Shown here piece after piece: positions 1-9,432 of a stretch of DNA of 64,000 nucleotides. Location: positions 1 to 64,000 of IMG/VR virus record IMGVR_UViG_3300042540_001822; one strand, given 5' to 3'. A model generated the notes under the pieces. That model did no database searches. It worked only from the letters and a program-made list of their open reading frames with translations, and was not told the origin of the DNA. The position numbers and the translations under genes were made by a program. Each line of letters starts with the position of its first letter. The stretch's first letter is position 1.

Positions 1-2
1 CC

Positions 3-311
3 CCAGGAGGAGGAAACCCCCCACCTCCCCCACCACCTCCTCCTCCCAAACCTGGAAATGAAGAAATTTGGCCTCCGAAAGGTTCAGATCCTAAGAATCC
101 ACCTCCTCCAAATGAAGATCCAGAAGATCCAGAAGGTCCAGAAGGTCCAGAAGGTCCAGGAGGAGGTAAACCAGGCGATAAACCTAAAGATAAACCTAAT
201 CCAGCTATTATCGGAAAAAAAGCTAGAATTACTTCTGGACCTAATGTCGGACAGATTGGCAAAATTACCGGAATCACCCCGGAAGGTAAGGTAATAATTC
301 AGCCCGACTAA
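3..311 (+). CDS. C-terminal part of a Pro/Gly-rich protein ending in a KOW-like motif (5' partial; absent from the ORF track)
   Basis: Frame 3 is open from the window edge: PGGGNPPPPPPPPPPKPG...PEGPEGPEG...IIGKKARITSGPNVGQIGKITGITPEGKVIIQPD*; TAA at 309-311. Confidence 0.8.
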   Translation, partial: PGGGNPPPPPPPPPPKPGNEEIWPPKGSDPKNPPPPNEDPEDPEGPEGPEGPGGGKPGDKPKDKPNPAIIGKKARITSGPNVGQIGKITGITPEGKVIIQPD

Positions 312-337
312 GATTATTTCCAATTAAAAATTAAATT

Positions 338-1321
338 ATGATAGAAGTAAATTTAGATGAATTGGTTATTCTAAATCCAGACAAAATGGAAGGAAGTGAG
401 AATGGTCAAAGAGGAAAGGTAGGAAAGGAACAAATTGATATTCCATCAGAAAGAGAAAATCCAGGAGAAGTTCCAATCCCAGACTTTGACGATTCAGAAA
501 AAACAAGGACCGGTATAGCAAGGAGTATTTCTAAGGTTACTGACGATGGAAAACAACACACAACAAGATCAACTTTAGGTGATGCTGGAACAATTTTTGA
601 CGTTAGTAAAAAATGGGAAAAATTAGCCAATGCTGCTTTATCAAAAGCTGGTTCAGGATTAAGTTCTCAAGCTAAAATGCTTCTCACTGGTTTAATTTCT
701 ACCAAACCCAAGGTAAACTGGAAAAAAGAACTAAAAAAATTCTTCGATTGGGGATTTTCTGGTCAAGAAGATACCCTTCCAAACCGTCGTCTTCTTGGTA
801 GTGGAGACATATTGTATGGAACTAAACCTAAAGAAAAAGAAACCGTCAGAACCCTTGTTGTGGCAGTAGACACCTCTGGTTCTATCTCAACAAAACAAGG
901 AGCTGTTTTTTTGAATGAATGTAATCATCTTTGTAAAATGTTTGATTTTGATGAGATGATTGTTATCTATTGTTCTGATGATATAGGAATAAACGGTAAG
1001 GGAGGGATTGAAAGAGTAAAAAGAGGAAAAAAAATTGAATTCAATCCAGATGGGTCTCCAAAAAATTGGCTCAGTACCGGAGGGAATGATAAAGGATTTG
1101 CTCCTCCTTTTGCCTGGTGTGAAAAAAATAAAATTGTTCCCAGCGCTTTTATTTATTTAACTGATACTGGAGCAGAATATCCATCCGCCACGGCATTTGG
1201 AATTCCAAAATACAAGAACAAAGTTTTTTGGTTTATCTGTTCTTTGTGGGGTGAAGAAAATTTGCCCCCTTTTGGTCGGTATGCTATCATACCCATGGAT
1301 CAAGAAGGAAATTTCACGTAA
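338..1321 (+). CDS. VWA-like (DUF2201-type) domain protein, paralog 1
   Basis: VNWKKEL...PNRR segment, MIDAS motif VAVDTSGSIS, YLTD motif. Confidence 0.8.
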   Translation: MIEVNLDELVILNPDKMEGSENGQRGKVGKEQIDIPSERENPGEVPIPDFDDSEKTRTGIARSISKVTDDGKQHTTRSTLGDAGTIFDVSKKWEKLANAALSKAGSGLSSQAKMLLTGLISTKPKVNWKKELKKFFDWGFSGQEDTLPNRRLLGSGDILYGTKPKEKETVRTLVVAVDTSGSISTKQGAVFLNECNHLCKMFDFDEMIVIYCSDDIGINGKGGIERVKRGKKIEFNPDGSPKNWLSTGGNDKGFAPPFAWCEKNKIVPSAFIYLTDTGAEYPSATAFGIPKYKNKVFWFICSLWGEENLPPFGRYAIIPMDQEGNFT

Positions 1322-1334
1322 AAAAATTTACAAA

Positions 1335-2276
1335 ATGATAGAAGTTAATGTTGAAGATATAGTAATCATAAATCCAGGAACGGTTCCTCAAACTCCAAAT
1401 GAAACAGAAGATGAAGGGGAGTTACAACCTGATGCCGAATTAGAAAATCCTCCAGAAAAACCTTCTGCTGGAAAAACTGCTGCAGGATCAGCTAGGATCC
1501 AAAGAAGTTTTGCTCCAGTAACAGGTGGGATTGGTAAACCTCAGATTAAAAAAGCAGAAAGTACCTTAGGTAAAGCTGGAACTATTTATGACGTAGCCCA
1601 AAAATGGGACAAACTAGCAAATGAAGCTGTTTCTAGGGGTATGTCTGGAATGAGTGATACAGCAAAAATGTTACTCAGAGATTTGATTTCTACCAAGGCA
1701 AAAGTCAATTGGAGAATTGTTCTGAAGAAATTTTTCGATAAGATTTTCAACAAGGAAGAGGATGTTTTACCCAATCGCAGGCTTTTGGGAACAGGAGACA
1801 TTCTATATGGTACCAAAAAATCAGATTCTGATGAGTTAAAAACTTTAGTTATAGCAATAGATACTTCTGGTTCTATTTCTAAAAAACAATGTTCTGTTTT
1901 TTTAAACGAAGTTTATAATCTGACTAAAACTTTCGAGTTTGATCAAACTGTAATTATCTATTGTGATGATAATATACCTAAAGGAGCCGTTGATCGTGTG
2001 AAGAAAAAAGGAAAATTAGATTTAGAAAAATGGCAAGGTGGTGGGGGCACTGCGTTTGCTCCTCCTTTTGCATGGTGTGAGGATAATAAGATTGTTCCAA
2101 CAGCTTTTATTTACTTTACGGATATGGAGGGTCCATTTCCCTCAGTTAATTCTTTTGGAATTAAAAAATACAAGGACAAAGTTTTATGGTTTGTTATTAC
2201 TCCAGGTGGATATAAAAAGCCTCCTTTTGGAAAACACATTCAAGTTCCCATCGACAACCAAGGAAATTTTGTATAA
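1335..2276 (+). CDS. VWA-like (DUF2201-type) domain protein, paralog 2
   Basis: IAIDTSGSIS and YFTDMEGPFP; start moved to ATG 1335 (MIEVNVEDIVIINP) because it matches the paralog 1 N-terminus. Confidence 0.8.
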   Translation: MIEVNVEDIVIINPGTVPQTPNETEDEGELQPDAELENPPEKPSAGKTAAGSARIQRSFAPVTGGIGKPQIKKAESTLGKAGTIYDVAQKWDKLANEAVSRGMSGMSDTAKMLLRDLISTKAKVNWRIVLKKFFDKIFNKEEDVLPNRRLLGTGDILYGTKKSDSDELKTLVIAIDTSGSISKKQCSVFLNEVYNLTKTFEFDQTVIIYCDDNIPKGAVDRVKKKGKLDLEKWQGGGGTAFAPPFAWCEDNKIVPTAFIYFTDMEGPFPSVNSFGIKKYKDKVLWFVITPGGYKKPPFGKHIQVPIDNQGNFV

Positions 2277-2282
2277 TCTTTT

Positions 2283-3431
2283 TTAATAAATCCCAAGATC
2301 CTCGAAGTCTGACATCATTTCTGTGTCACTTACCTCTTGATCAGTTAATTGAATTTTTTTCATCAATCTTTTGACAGCTGGATTTTGCATAATCGGATCT
2401 TTCCAAATTGGGGATAAGGCAAAAGATTTACCTTGAAGTGCCTGTGGTGAAATTGAATTTCTGATTGGATCTCTTTGTGCCTTACTCATCCTTTGAAATT
2501 TTTCAGTTGTAATAAGGTAAAAATATGCTGCCGTCCAAGAATTAAATTTTACTGCGTCATTATAAACCTCTTTTAAAACAGATTCTGGCATAAGACATCT
2601 CTTGGCTGAATTAACGGAGCATCTTTTGTCTAAAGGTAAACCTTCTAAAGAATACAATTGAAAATTATCTTCACAAGTAATGTAATATCCATCTCTACCC
2701 GCAGCAGGTGCTCCGATTAGTGTTTTTAGATTGTTATATCCACATTTGAAAATACCTGTGCTATTAAAAACTTTAGGACCTCCTTCTAAAGTTGATAAAT
2801 TACAATCTTGAACTTCAAAATTACGTTTTACATCACAATTTTCCGAACCTTGAAGAGAAACAAGACTTTGAGTATTTCCCAATTCGAAATCCCTACCTAC
2901 GAAATCTGGACATCCTTCTAAATTCTGGATTTTGCTTTCCCTAACGCGGAAATCCAGTCCTACTTTTCTGGGCGAACCAATTAAAGATTCAAGTTCATTA
3001 GAATTCACTTTGAAATTCCTTTTAACCTCCGTTGGAAAACCAGAAAAAGAAACTACAGGAAAACTAACTTCAAAATCATTTTCAATTGTACCGAATACAA
3101 CTTCAGGAACTAATTTTCCATTTTTAAACAAATGATTTCGGGTTTCTGGATTATTGTAAATATTTACCCCACCCTGTACGTTGATAATTCCGTCTTCTAA
3201 CTCCCAACTTCCTGAACAGATTGAATCTAGAACTTTTACCAGTTCCTCCGAAAATCCTGAAGAATCAGTAAGTGGTATATTTAAAGCTTTGCATGCTTCT
3301 TCGAAATCTACCCCTTGATTTTTACAGAATTCCCTAATTCTTTCTTTCCAATTTCTTAATTCTCTACTAGTATAAGACTCGTTTAGTTCTAAAAGTTTGG
3401 AGTAAAAATCAAAATCTTTGATTAAATGCAT
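2283..3431 (-). CDS. LRR-like repeat protein (L.SL.G.P..V..DF repeats) with C-terminal DFEDLGIY motif
   Basis: Repeats such as LESLIGSPRKVGLDF and IQNLEGCPDFVGRDF; ATG 3431 lies downstream of GATATATA (3450-3457). Confidence 0.75.
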   Translation of the reverse strand: MHLIKDFDFYSKLLELNESYTSRELRNWKERIREFCKNQGVDFEEACKALNIPLTDSSGFSEELVKVLDSICSGSWELEDGIINVQGGVNIYNNPETRNHLFKNGKLVPEVVFGTIENDFEVSFPVVSFSGFPTEVKRNFKVNSNELESLIGSPRKVGLDFRVRESKIQNLEGCPDFVGRDFELGNTQSLVSLQGSENCDVKRNFEVQDCNLSTLEGGPKVFNSTGIFKCGYNNLKTLIGAPAAGRDGYYITCEDNFQLYSLEGLPLDKRCSVNSAKRCLMPESVLKEVYNDAVKFNSWTAAYFYLITTEKFQRMSKAQRDPIRNSISPQALQGKSFALSPIWKDPIMQNPAVKRLMKKIQLTDQEVSDTEMMSDFEDLGIY

Positions 3432-3478
3432 TGGAGATATTTTTTTAATTATATATCTCAAAAATTTTAAAATTCTAA

Positions 3479-3943
3479 TTAGAAGTCACCAGGTGCAACT
3501 TGAAAACAGGGAATTCCGTTTCTTCTCCACATAGCAACCACCTTATCTCGGTCGTCGTAAACACAAAGAAGATTTTGTTTATCTGGAAATTCCTGATTTA
3601 GCCATTCCTCTTTTAAAACATCATCCGCTGTGAACATTCTGGAACCAGTTGCGGGCCTCATGAGCAACTTATTGGGTCGAATACCGTACATATCCAGCCA
3701 TTTCTCGGTTTCTTCTCTTGTTGCCTCACTTCTTCCGGAAAAAATAACCATGTTGAATCCAGCCTTTTGGAGGGATTTAAAAGATTCGATCACCGGAATG
3801 TTTGGTTTGTCCAAAGAAATGTTATTTGGATCGAAAAATTTAGGCCAATCAATTTTACCGCTGTCTTTTGTGGCCAGGGTTCTTCTTTCTCTGATGTCGG
3901 CCAATGTGCCGTCCAGGTCAAAGATAATTGTTTTATTTGTCAT
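3479..3943 (-). CDS. HAD 3'-phosphatase, T4 PseT/PNKP phosphatase-domain-like
   Basis: IIFDLDGTLAD, SGR, DDVLKE, VYDDRDKVVAMWRRNGIPCFQVAPGDF motifs. Confidence 0.85.
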   Translation of the reverse strand: MTNKTIIFDLDGTLADIRERRTLATKDSGKIDWPKFFDPNNISLDKPNIPVIESFKSLQKAGFNMVIFSGRSEATREETEKWLDMYGIRPNKLLMRPATGSRMFTADDVLKEEWLNQEFPDKQNLLCVYDDRDKVVAMWRRNGIPCFQVAPGDF

Positions 3944-4154
3944 TTGATTTTTGAGTTGGTACTCTAAGTATGATGAGAACAAGAATTGCTCCTAGGAAAG
4001 ATTTAAAGGTATAAACCACGTCAAAACCCATCCAATCCAAACCAAGCAAAAGTAGAAATGGAATGGCGAGGAAAATTGCTAGAACAAAGAAAATTACGAA
4101 ACTTGTGGCCCCTGCCGATGTTAATTTTCTGTTTAGTTTTTGAAGATCTGTCAT
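3933..4154 (-). CDS. small membrane protein
   Basis: Two hydrophobic segments; overlaps the next gene. Confidence 0.65.
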   Translation of the reverse strand: MTDLQKLNRKLTSAGATSFVIFFVLAIFLAIPFLLLLGLDWMGFDVVYTFKSFLGAILVLIILRVPTQKSNDK

Positions 4155-4173
4155 GTAGTTGAATTATTTTGAT

Positions 4174-4419
4174 TTAAAATTGTTCTTCCTCCCAGTATTT
4201 CACACCTGGTTCAGAACTGGCCCACACCTGTTTTCCATCTATGTCGATTCTGATGATGTTGTCCTTGAACTCAACCTTGGAAATGTAATTCTGTGGGCTC
4301 TTTATGTTGTCATAAACGTAAACCATTCCATCGTGACAGAAAAGTTTAACTACCGAACCTCCGGGTTGATGACTCAAAGGATTAGTTCTGTATTCATCTT
4401 GAACTTTGATTTCTTTCAT
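4174..4419 (-). CDS. hypothetical protein
   Basis: ORF in a tightly packed minus-strand run. Confidence 0.7.
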   Translation of the reverse strand: MKEIKVQDEYRTNPLSHQPGGSVVKLFCHDGMVYVYDNIKSPQNYISKVEFKDNIIRIDIDGKQVWASSEPGVKYWEEEQF

Positions 4420-4481
4420 GTTTAAATTTTTCGCTAAAGTAAGGCAGAAATTAGGTATTTTCTAATTTTTTAAAAAAAAAT

Positions 4482-4742
4482 TTATCGGTATTTTTTGAAC
4501 ATTTTCTCTATTTCAACCCAAGAAATCATTTTTCCACTCAAAACCCTCATGGTTAATAAAAAGTCCTCCGGATGTAAATTAAATTCACCTAGGTTGTGCC
4601 CTATAGATAGGTCCTTAGACATATGAATTTTTCTGGTTTTGATCGACTGCTGTCTAGCTATTCTGGAATTTTTTCTACTCAAACTATCCCTTCGTTGGCG
4701 TTCCCTCCAAACTAGAAATTGTCTTTTCCATGACGTCATCAA
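4482..4742 (-). CDS. hypothetical protein
   Basis: ORF in the same run. Confidence 0.55.
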   Translation of the reverse strand: MMTSWKRQFLVWRERQRRDSLSRKNSRIARQQSIKTRKIHMSKDLSIGHNLGEFNLHPEDFLLTMRVLSGKMISWVEIEKMFKKYR

Positions 4743-4750
4743 TCTTTTAT

Positions 4751-4948
4751 TTAAATTTTTGTTTTTTCAGCTGCCACCATTCGTATCATGTGGATTCGGA
4801 TTGCATTTTTTTCTTCGTCTCTAATTTTTGATTCGTTTAAATCCCTTACACACTCTTGGAGTTTCAAGTACACATTTCTTGCTGTACTCAGAACTTCTTG
4901 GTTGTAATTTGCCTTTAAACTTTGGGATCTAGGATCTTCCATGGTCAT
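4751..4948 (-). CDS. hypothetical protein
   Basis: ATGA overlap with the upstream ORF. Confidence 0.65.
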   Translation of the reverse strand: MTMEDPRSQSLKANYNQEVLSTARNVYLKLQECVRDLNESKIRDEEKNAIRIHMIRMVAAEKTKI

Positions 4949-5172
4949 TTAATTTTAAGTAGTTGTGTCAATTCTTCCTGGTTGAGATCTGAGAGAATGA
5001 TTGCGTTTGGATTTGTAATTTTGCACACGCACTTCCAACATAAAACTGAAGCAACCTCGGAGTCAACATTTTTCACCACCGTCTGACACTGGCGGCATGG
5101 TAAACTTGAATTCTTGTTTGAAGAATTTGAACTGTAGCCTATTTTTTTAGCCATAAATTTCTCGATAGTCAA
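4945..5172 (-). CDS. small Zn-binding protein
   Basis: CRQC...CWKC cysteine pairs. Confidence 0.65.
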   Translation of the reverse strand: MTIEKFMAKKIGYSSNSSNKNSSLPCRQCQTVVKNVDSEVASVLCWKCVCKITNPNAIILSDLNQEELTQLLKIK

Positions 5173-5473
5173 AAAGTGGGGTTGGATCAGAAAAGGATGT
5201 TTTGATTAATGCAGATTTCAGCAGTGAACACTTTTCAAATTCCTCTAAATCAGAATAAAGACCCATCATTCTACGAATTCCTAAAATTGTATCCTCATCA
5301 AAATTTAATCTTCTTCTTTTTTTCATGAAAGGCTCTAAAGCATGAATGGCCTCTTCACACACCAAATAGAAATTTTCGAATTTCGGATTTTCTGAAAATC
5401 GGGAAAAAAGTTCTGGGTTGGGCTTTGATTCCATCCCTCTATTTATTCTTTTGTCCATCAAATTATTCCTCAT
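5147..5473 (-). CDS. hypothetical protein with UVR-like helical C-terminus
   Basis: YSDLEEFEKCSLLK resembles a UVR motif; start uncertain. Confidence 0.6.
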   Translation of the reverse strand: MRNNLMDKRINRGMESKPNPELFSRFSENPKFENFYLVCEEAIHALEPFMKKRRRLNFDEDTILGIRRMMGLYSDLEEFEKCSLLKSALIKTSFSDPTPLFDYREIYG

Positions 5474-5705
5474 CTGATTCTAATTTAGTTCGCAAAATCA
5501 AATTCTTACACAAATTGGACTGTTTTAAATCCCGATATAAAGTTCTTCCGTGAGAAAGTATTTCAAACTCAACGTAAAAATCGTTCTTCAGATCTCTTAC
5601 CCTTTCTCTAATAATTGTGGCTCTATTGAAATTAATTTTGGATTTAATTTCCCAATAGTCCTTCTTGTTATCCGTGTTACAAAAAAATTTAACCAACATT
5701 TTCAA
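5463..5705 (-). CDS. hypothetical protein
   Basis: Overlapping ORFs in an operon. Confidence 0.6.
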   Translation of the reverse strand: MKMLVKFFCNTDNKKDYWEIKSKINFNRATIIRERVRDLKNDFYVEFEILSHGRTLYRDLKQSNLCKNLILRTKLESDEE

Positions 5706-5905
5706 TTTTTTTCAATTTCCATATCATACCCATTTTCGTGAACCAAAGGAGAATGTGATTTAACCCTGAGAGAATGAAGCCACCCTTTGAATAAAACCTT
5801 TTCTCTTGGTTTCATTTTTTGAAAAAAAGAAAGAAAAGAACCTTTGGATTTTTGAAAATCTTGGATAATTTGTGGTAAATCTCTGGGATCTGAAATTTCG
5901 TTCAT
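5702..5905 (-). CDS. hypothetical protein
   Basis: Overlapping ORFs in an operon. Confidence 0.6.
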   Translation of the reverse strand: MNEISDPRDLPQIIQDFQKSKGSFLSFFQKMKPREKVLFKGWLHSLRVKSHSPLVHENGYDMEIEKN

Positions 5906-5952
5906 GTAAACTTTAATTTCAAATTATACAAGAATATCTTGCCTTTGTTTCT

Positions 5953-6696
5953 TTATCCTATTTTTTCCCCTTCCCTCGTGAATTTATAATCCATCGAATC
6001 CATCCATTCGATTACAGCCTTATCTGAATTGATTGAACCATACTCTGCTTCTAATTCAGAATACAGTTCTCTAGATTTTTGTCTGGCCCATTTGGTTATG
6101 GAATCAGCCAAACTACCCAACCAATTGTCAAATTCTTTCTGCTCACTGGCATTGAAATTCCGTCCTTCCATGGGTTCTTCTACATCTATCTCTGCACTAA
6201 TTGTAAATTCATGATAATAGCGTGAACTATTTCTTTCGATGTTAATCCAAAAATCGTCAGGTGTTAAAGGGATAATTTTAGAATTGATTCCTAGCTCTTC
6301 GAATCCAGAAATCATAGCATCAATTTCGTCTTCTTCTTCTTTTTCTTCTTTTTCTTCTCCATAAGCAAACCACTTTACAGGTTGCAATTTAAGAGCTTCT
6401 TTAAAAAACTTTCCAACGTCTCTAACTCTGGCAGTGAAAGATGCACCATCTCCTTGAGACCAAAAACCGGAAAAATTACATTCAATATTTTCTAAACCCA
6501 ATTCCTCTAATCCGGATTTAAAATTTTCAATCACATCTTCGTACCACCAGGAATCTATCTTATCCCGGTATTCTTCTTTATAATTGGATAAAACCTTTTC
6601 CTGAATTTCCGGGGATAATTCATCGAATGAAAATTCTTGATTCTCTTCGTCAGATTCGAATAAACTGAAGTTCGAAAAGGGAATAATAAACCTCAT
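5953..6696 (-). CDS. acidic hypothetical protein with internal IDAMISGFEELGI motif
   Basis: N-terminus MRFIIPFSNFSLFE; GATATATA at 6701-6708. Confidence 0.75.
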   Translation of the reverse strand: MRFIIPFSNFSLFESDEENQEFSFDELSPEIQEKVLSNYKEEYRDKIDSWWYEDVIENFKSGLEELGLENIECNFSGFWSQGDGASFTARVRDVGKFFKEALKLQPVKWFAYGEEKEEKEEEDEIDAMISGFEELGINSKIIPLTPDDFWINIERNSSRYYHEFTISAEIDVEEPMEGRNFNASEQKEFDNWLGSLADSITKWARQKSRELYSELEAEYGSINSDKAVIEWMDSMDYKFTREGEKIG

Positions 6697-6713
6697 CCCT
6701 TATATATCTTTGA

Positions 6714-7019
6714 TTATTCTTTTTTATCCCAAAATTTAACCCAGCCAAAAATCTTGGCCCGATAATTTTCAAATCTGGTCATTGCTATCCATTTGCCTAG
6801 AACACTTCCGGACACATAAAAAAGGATAATCCAAACATCTCCCTTCAATAGATTTCCTATAGAATAGTAAACAGAAATTAAACTTACTAAATTGATGAAA
6901 ATAGAATTTAACAATAAACCTGATGTTTTGTTTTCATAAGTCAATTTTATTTCTAGAACTTTACCAATATTAAATAATAACTGGGAGAAAAAAACAACTA
7001 AATAAATTTGAAAAGACAT
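6714..7019 (-). CDS. small multi-pass membrane protein
   Basis: Three hydrophobic segments, GSVLG motif. Confidence 0.7.
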   Translation of the reverse strand: MSFQIYLVVFFSQLLFNIGKVLEIKLTYENKTSGLLLNSIFINLVSLISVYYSIGNLLKGDVWIILFYVSGSVLGKWIAMTRFENYRAKIFGWVKFWDKKE

Positions 7020-7445
7020 CTATCTTGATTCTAATTTCGTAACAAAAGTTCTTTTGATGATAGCATCGGGGCCTCCATCTTTTTCTCTGATAATAAAGTA
7101 CAATTCGTCATGAGGGTTTTTGAATAAATCAAGCAAAATTTGTTTCATTATCCAAGATGAAAGTTCATCCAAACTCGCAATAGAATAAGATGTTGAATCG
7201 AAAACGGAACCTTTGTAATTAGGACTTAATTTGTACATGTCCCAAAGAATACCATTCGAAATTAAACAATTTAAAATCTTTTCCTCGTTTCTATCACAGG
7301 TAATTGTTTTAGAAAAATGAACAAAACTATTTTTCTCTATTATTCTGTTTTTCACCCCTAATTCTATTTCAAGAGTAATTAGGGATCCTTCTTCGGTAAA
7401 TCCAAAGTTTGAAAATTCTTCTACAGCATATTTTTGTGTATCCAT
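7020..7445 (-). CDS. hypothetical protein
   Basis: ORF abuts its neighbours. Confidence 0.65.
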   Translation of the reverse strand: MDTQKYAVEEFSNFGFTEEGSLITLEIELGVKNRIIEKNSFVHFSKTITCDRNEEKILNCLISNGILWDMYKLSPNYKGSVFDSTSYSIASLDELSSWIMKQILLDLFKNPHDELYFIIREKDGGPDAIIKRTFVTKLESR

Positions 7446-7451
7446 TTGAAA

Positions 7452-8207
7452 TTAAAGCATATTTTCTGCCAATTCCCAAAGTTTGGTATTTATGGTATTG
7501 ACTCGTTGAAAGTTTTTTAAACCCGTAACCTTTCGGTTCTTACCTCCAGAGTTGACATGTTCGTTAGTTCCTCCAACAAATTTTTCTTGAACCAAATTGA
7601 ACGTGTTCCATAAAGTTGGCTCTGCATCTTCCTCCCGGCGGGGAATCAAGATTTGTTGATGGTTAATAATCGGGGTGTTTTCTTTGCCCCATCTAATAAT
7701 TTTGGCTGCCTCAACATAGGAGCATTGCTCCTTCCAGGTTAAATATTTTTCTGACATTCTTCTGACCTTTTCCGAAATAAACGGAAGTTTTTCTGCAAAA
7801 CTATCAGTGATTTCTCTAACCTGTTCAACACTAAAATTGACGTGTCTGAGTTTGAATGTGTGGGACAAAGCTGTGGGAACAGTTAAACCGTTTGAACAAA
7901 CCAAACGAAGTAAACCTGTACTTAAATTAAACGGAGTACTTCCATCGTGAGAATTTGATATCAGCAATTCTGGCAAACAGTCCCCCACCTGTGGGAGCGA
8001 GTCCAGCCTCATTCGCAAAAAGTGTTTACCGTGCAAATCCCTGCCCCTCTGGGTTGCGTGAGTTATTTGCCATCCCTCGGACAAGAATTTGTCCAAAATT
8101 TCGATGGTCGGAACAAAAGAATACCGATCGGTAACCTTTGGGGATCTGGATGTCGTAAAGACTGCTGGGGCAATACCAAGAACTTCTGTAGGGGATAATG
8201 TTGTCAT
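7452..8207 (-). CDS. DUF932 family protein
   Basis: NSHDGST, GLLRLVCSNGL, TLWNTFNLVQE motifs; start set at MTTLSP. Confidence 0.85.
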   Translation of the reverse strand: MTTLSPTEVLGIAPAVFTTSRSPKVTDRYSFVPTIEILDKFLSEGWQITHATQRGRDLHGKHFLRMRLDSLPQVGDCLPELLISNSHDGSTPFNLSTGLLRLVCSNGLTVPTALSHTFKLRHVNFSVEQVREITDSFAEKLPFISEKVRRMSEKYLTWKEQCSYVEAAKIIRWGKENTPIINHQQILIPRREEDAEPTLWNTFNLVQEKFVGGTNEHVNSGGKNRKVTGLKNFQRVNTINTKLWELAENML

Positions 8208-8296
8208 GTTTGTTTTTTTACAAGGTAAAAATATGAAAGTTTCTCCAAATAAAAAAATATTATTCAACTTATTTTTGAATCAAATTTTGGAAGATT

Positions 8297-8524
8297 TTGA
8301 TTTATATTTGGGACATGAAATCTACAAGACCATTATCAGAGGTTCAAAAATTAACCAGAAGTGAACAAATTAGTTCCACGTTGTCATGTCTTTGTGATGC
8401 ACTAAAGTCCTTAGAAGAATCGTCTGTACCCAACACATTTGAACTAAAATTAAAAATGGTGGCTACCGTAGAAGCTCTGGTGGAAAAACTTCAAAGACTC
8501 CATGGTATAGATGATTCATTTTGA
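8297..8524 (+). CDS. hypothetical helical protein
   Basis: Fills the gap between two minus-strand genes; start may be 8315. Confidence 0.55.
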   Translation: MIYIWDMKSTRPLSEVQKLTRSEQISSTLSCLCDALKSLEESSVPNTFELKLKMVATVEALVEKLQRLHGIDDSF

Positions 8525-8542
8525 ATTTTTCCAAAGTGAAAT

Positions 8543-9352
8543 TTAATTCTTCCAAAAATTCAAAGTAACCTCTGCTCCACTTCCGTGGAAAAGGGTAAAA
8601 TGGGAAAATCCATTGGACGCTAGTCTCTCTGTAATCAATTCTCTAGTTTCATTTCCCAAAATATCTGCATGAAATTCCATGGCAATTTTTTTAATTTTAC
8701 ACAGATTGTCATCTGTTAAATCATCCAGAATTTGTTTTTCTGCACCTTCGCAATCTATTTTCATAAAATCTATATGAGGTGGTAAAATCCCAATTTCAAA
8801 TAATTTGTTAAGGGTCACACACATCACATTTTCAAAGCCAGATTCTGAATGGTTTATATCTTTAACTATGCTAGCCCCACCAATTCCAGTAGACATATCA
8901 TATTTAAGGGATATGCTTCCATTTGATCCACCAACTGCCATTTTGTGACACTCCACCAAATTTCTAGGAGTGTTATCAAGTAAGCAAGAAAAAATCCTAG
9001 AGGCAGGTTCGAATGCTATTACTTTACTTGCTCCTCTCTGTATAGCTCTCCTAGAAAACATTCCTATATTTCCCCCTATATCAACAACTACATCACCCTG
9101 ATTAATAAAACATCCCATTCTTTCATAATCACATCCATTAGACTCGTGGATATAACAATCAAAAATTTCCCAGTACATATAATTCATATCATCAAGGCCG
9201 AATTGTTTAGAACAATATTTGTCCCAATCAAATCCTATAGTTTTATTTTCAAGACCAGGATCTCTTAAAATTTTTTTACCTTGGGAATTAATTACCCAAA
9301 AAGAAGAGGAGGAATTCTCAAAAGAGAATGGTATTTTATTTAATTCTGTCAC
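8543..9352 (-). CDS. FkbM family SAM-dependent methyltransferase
   Basis: VVDIGGNIGMFS, IAFEP, FMKIDCEGAE motifs; GTG start uncertain. Confidence 0.85.
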   Translation of the reverse strand: MTELNKIPFSFENSSSSFWVINSQGKKILRDPGLENKTIGFDWDKYCSKQFGLDDMNYMYWEIFDCYIHESNGCDYERMGCFINQGDVVVDIGGNIGMFSRRAIQRGASKVIAFEPASRIFSCLLDNTPRNLVECHKMAVGGSNGSISLKYDMSTGIGGASIVKDINHSESGFENVMCVTLNKLFEIGILPPHIDFMKIDCEGAEKQILDDLTDDNLCKIKKIAMEFHADILGNETRELITERLASNGFSHFTLFHGSGAEVTLNFWKN

Positions 9353-9432
9353 CTGAAATAGTATTTGATTTTTTATTAATTATAACCAAATTTGTTCCAT
9401 TCAGGAATTTTAAATTCAAAATATAACTTAAT

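Noticed and set aside
58-323. ORF-track calls 58..294(+) and 84..323(-)
   Set aside because: They are shadow frames of the Pro-rich frame-3 CDS; their odd repeats (QKVQKV, WTFWTF) come from the PEG repeat
1197-1334. N-terminal extension of VWA paralog 2
   Set aside because: It overlaps paralog 1; ATG 1335 matches the paralog 1 start
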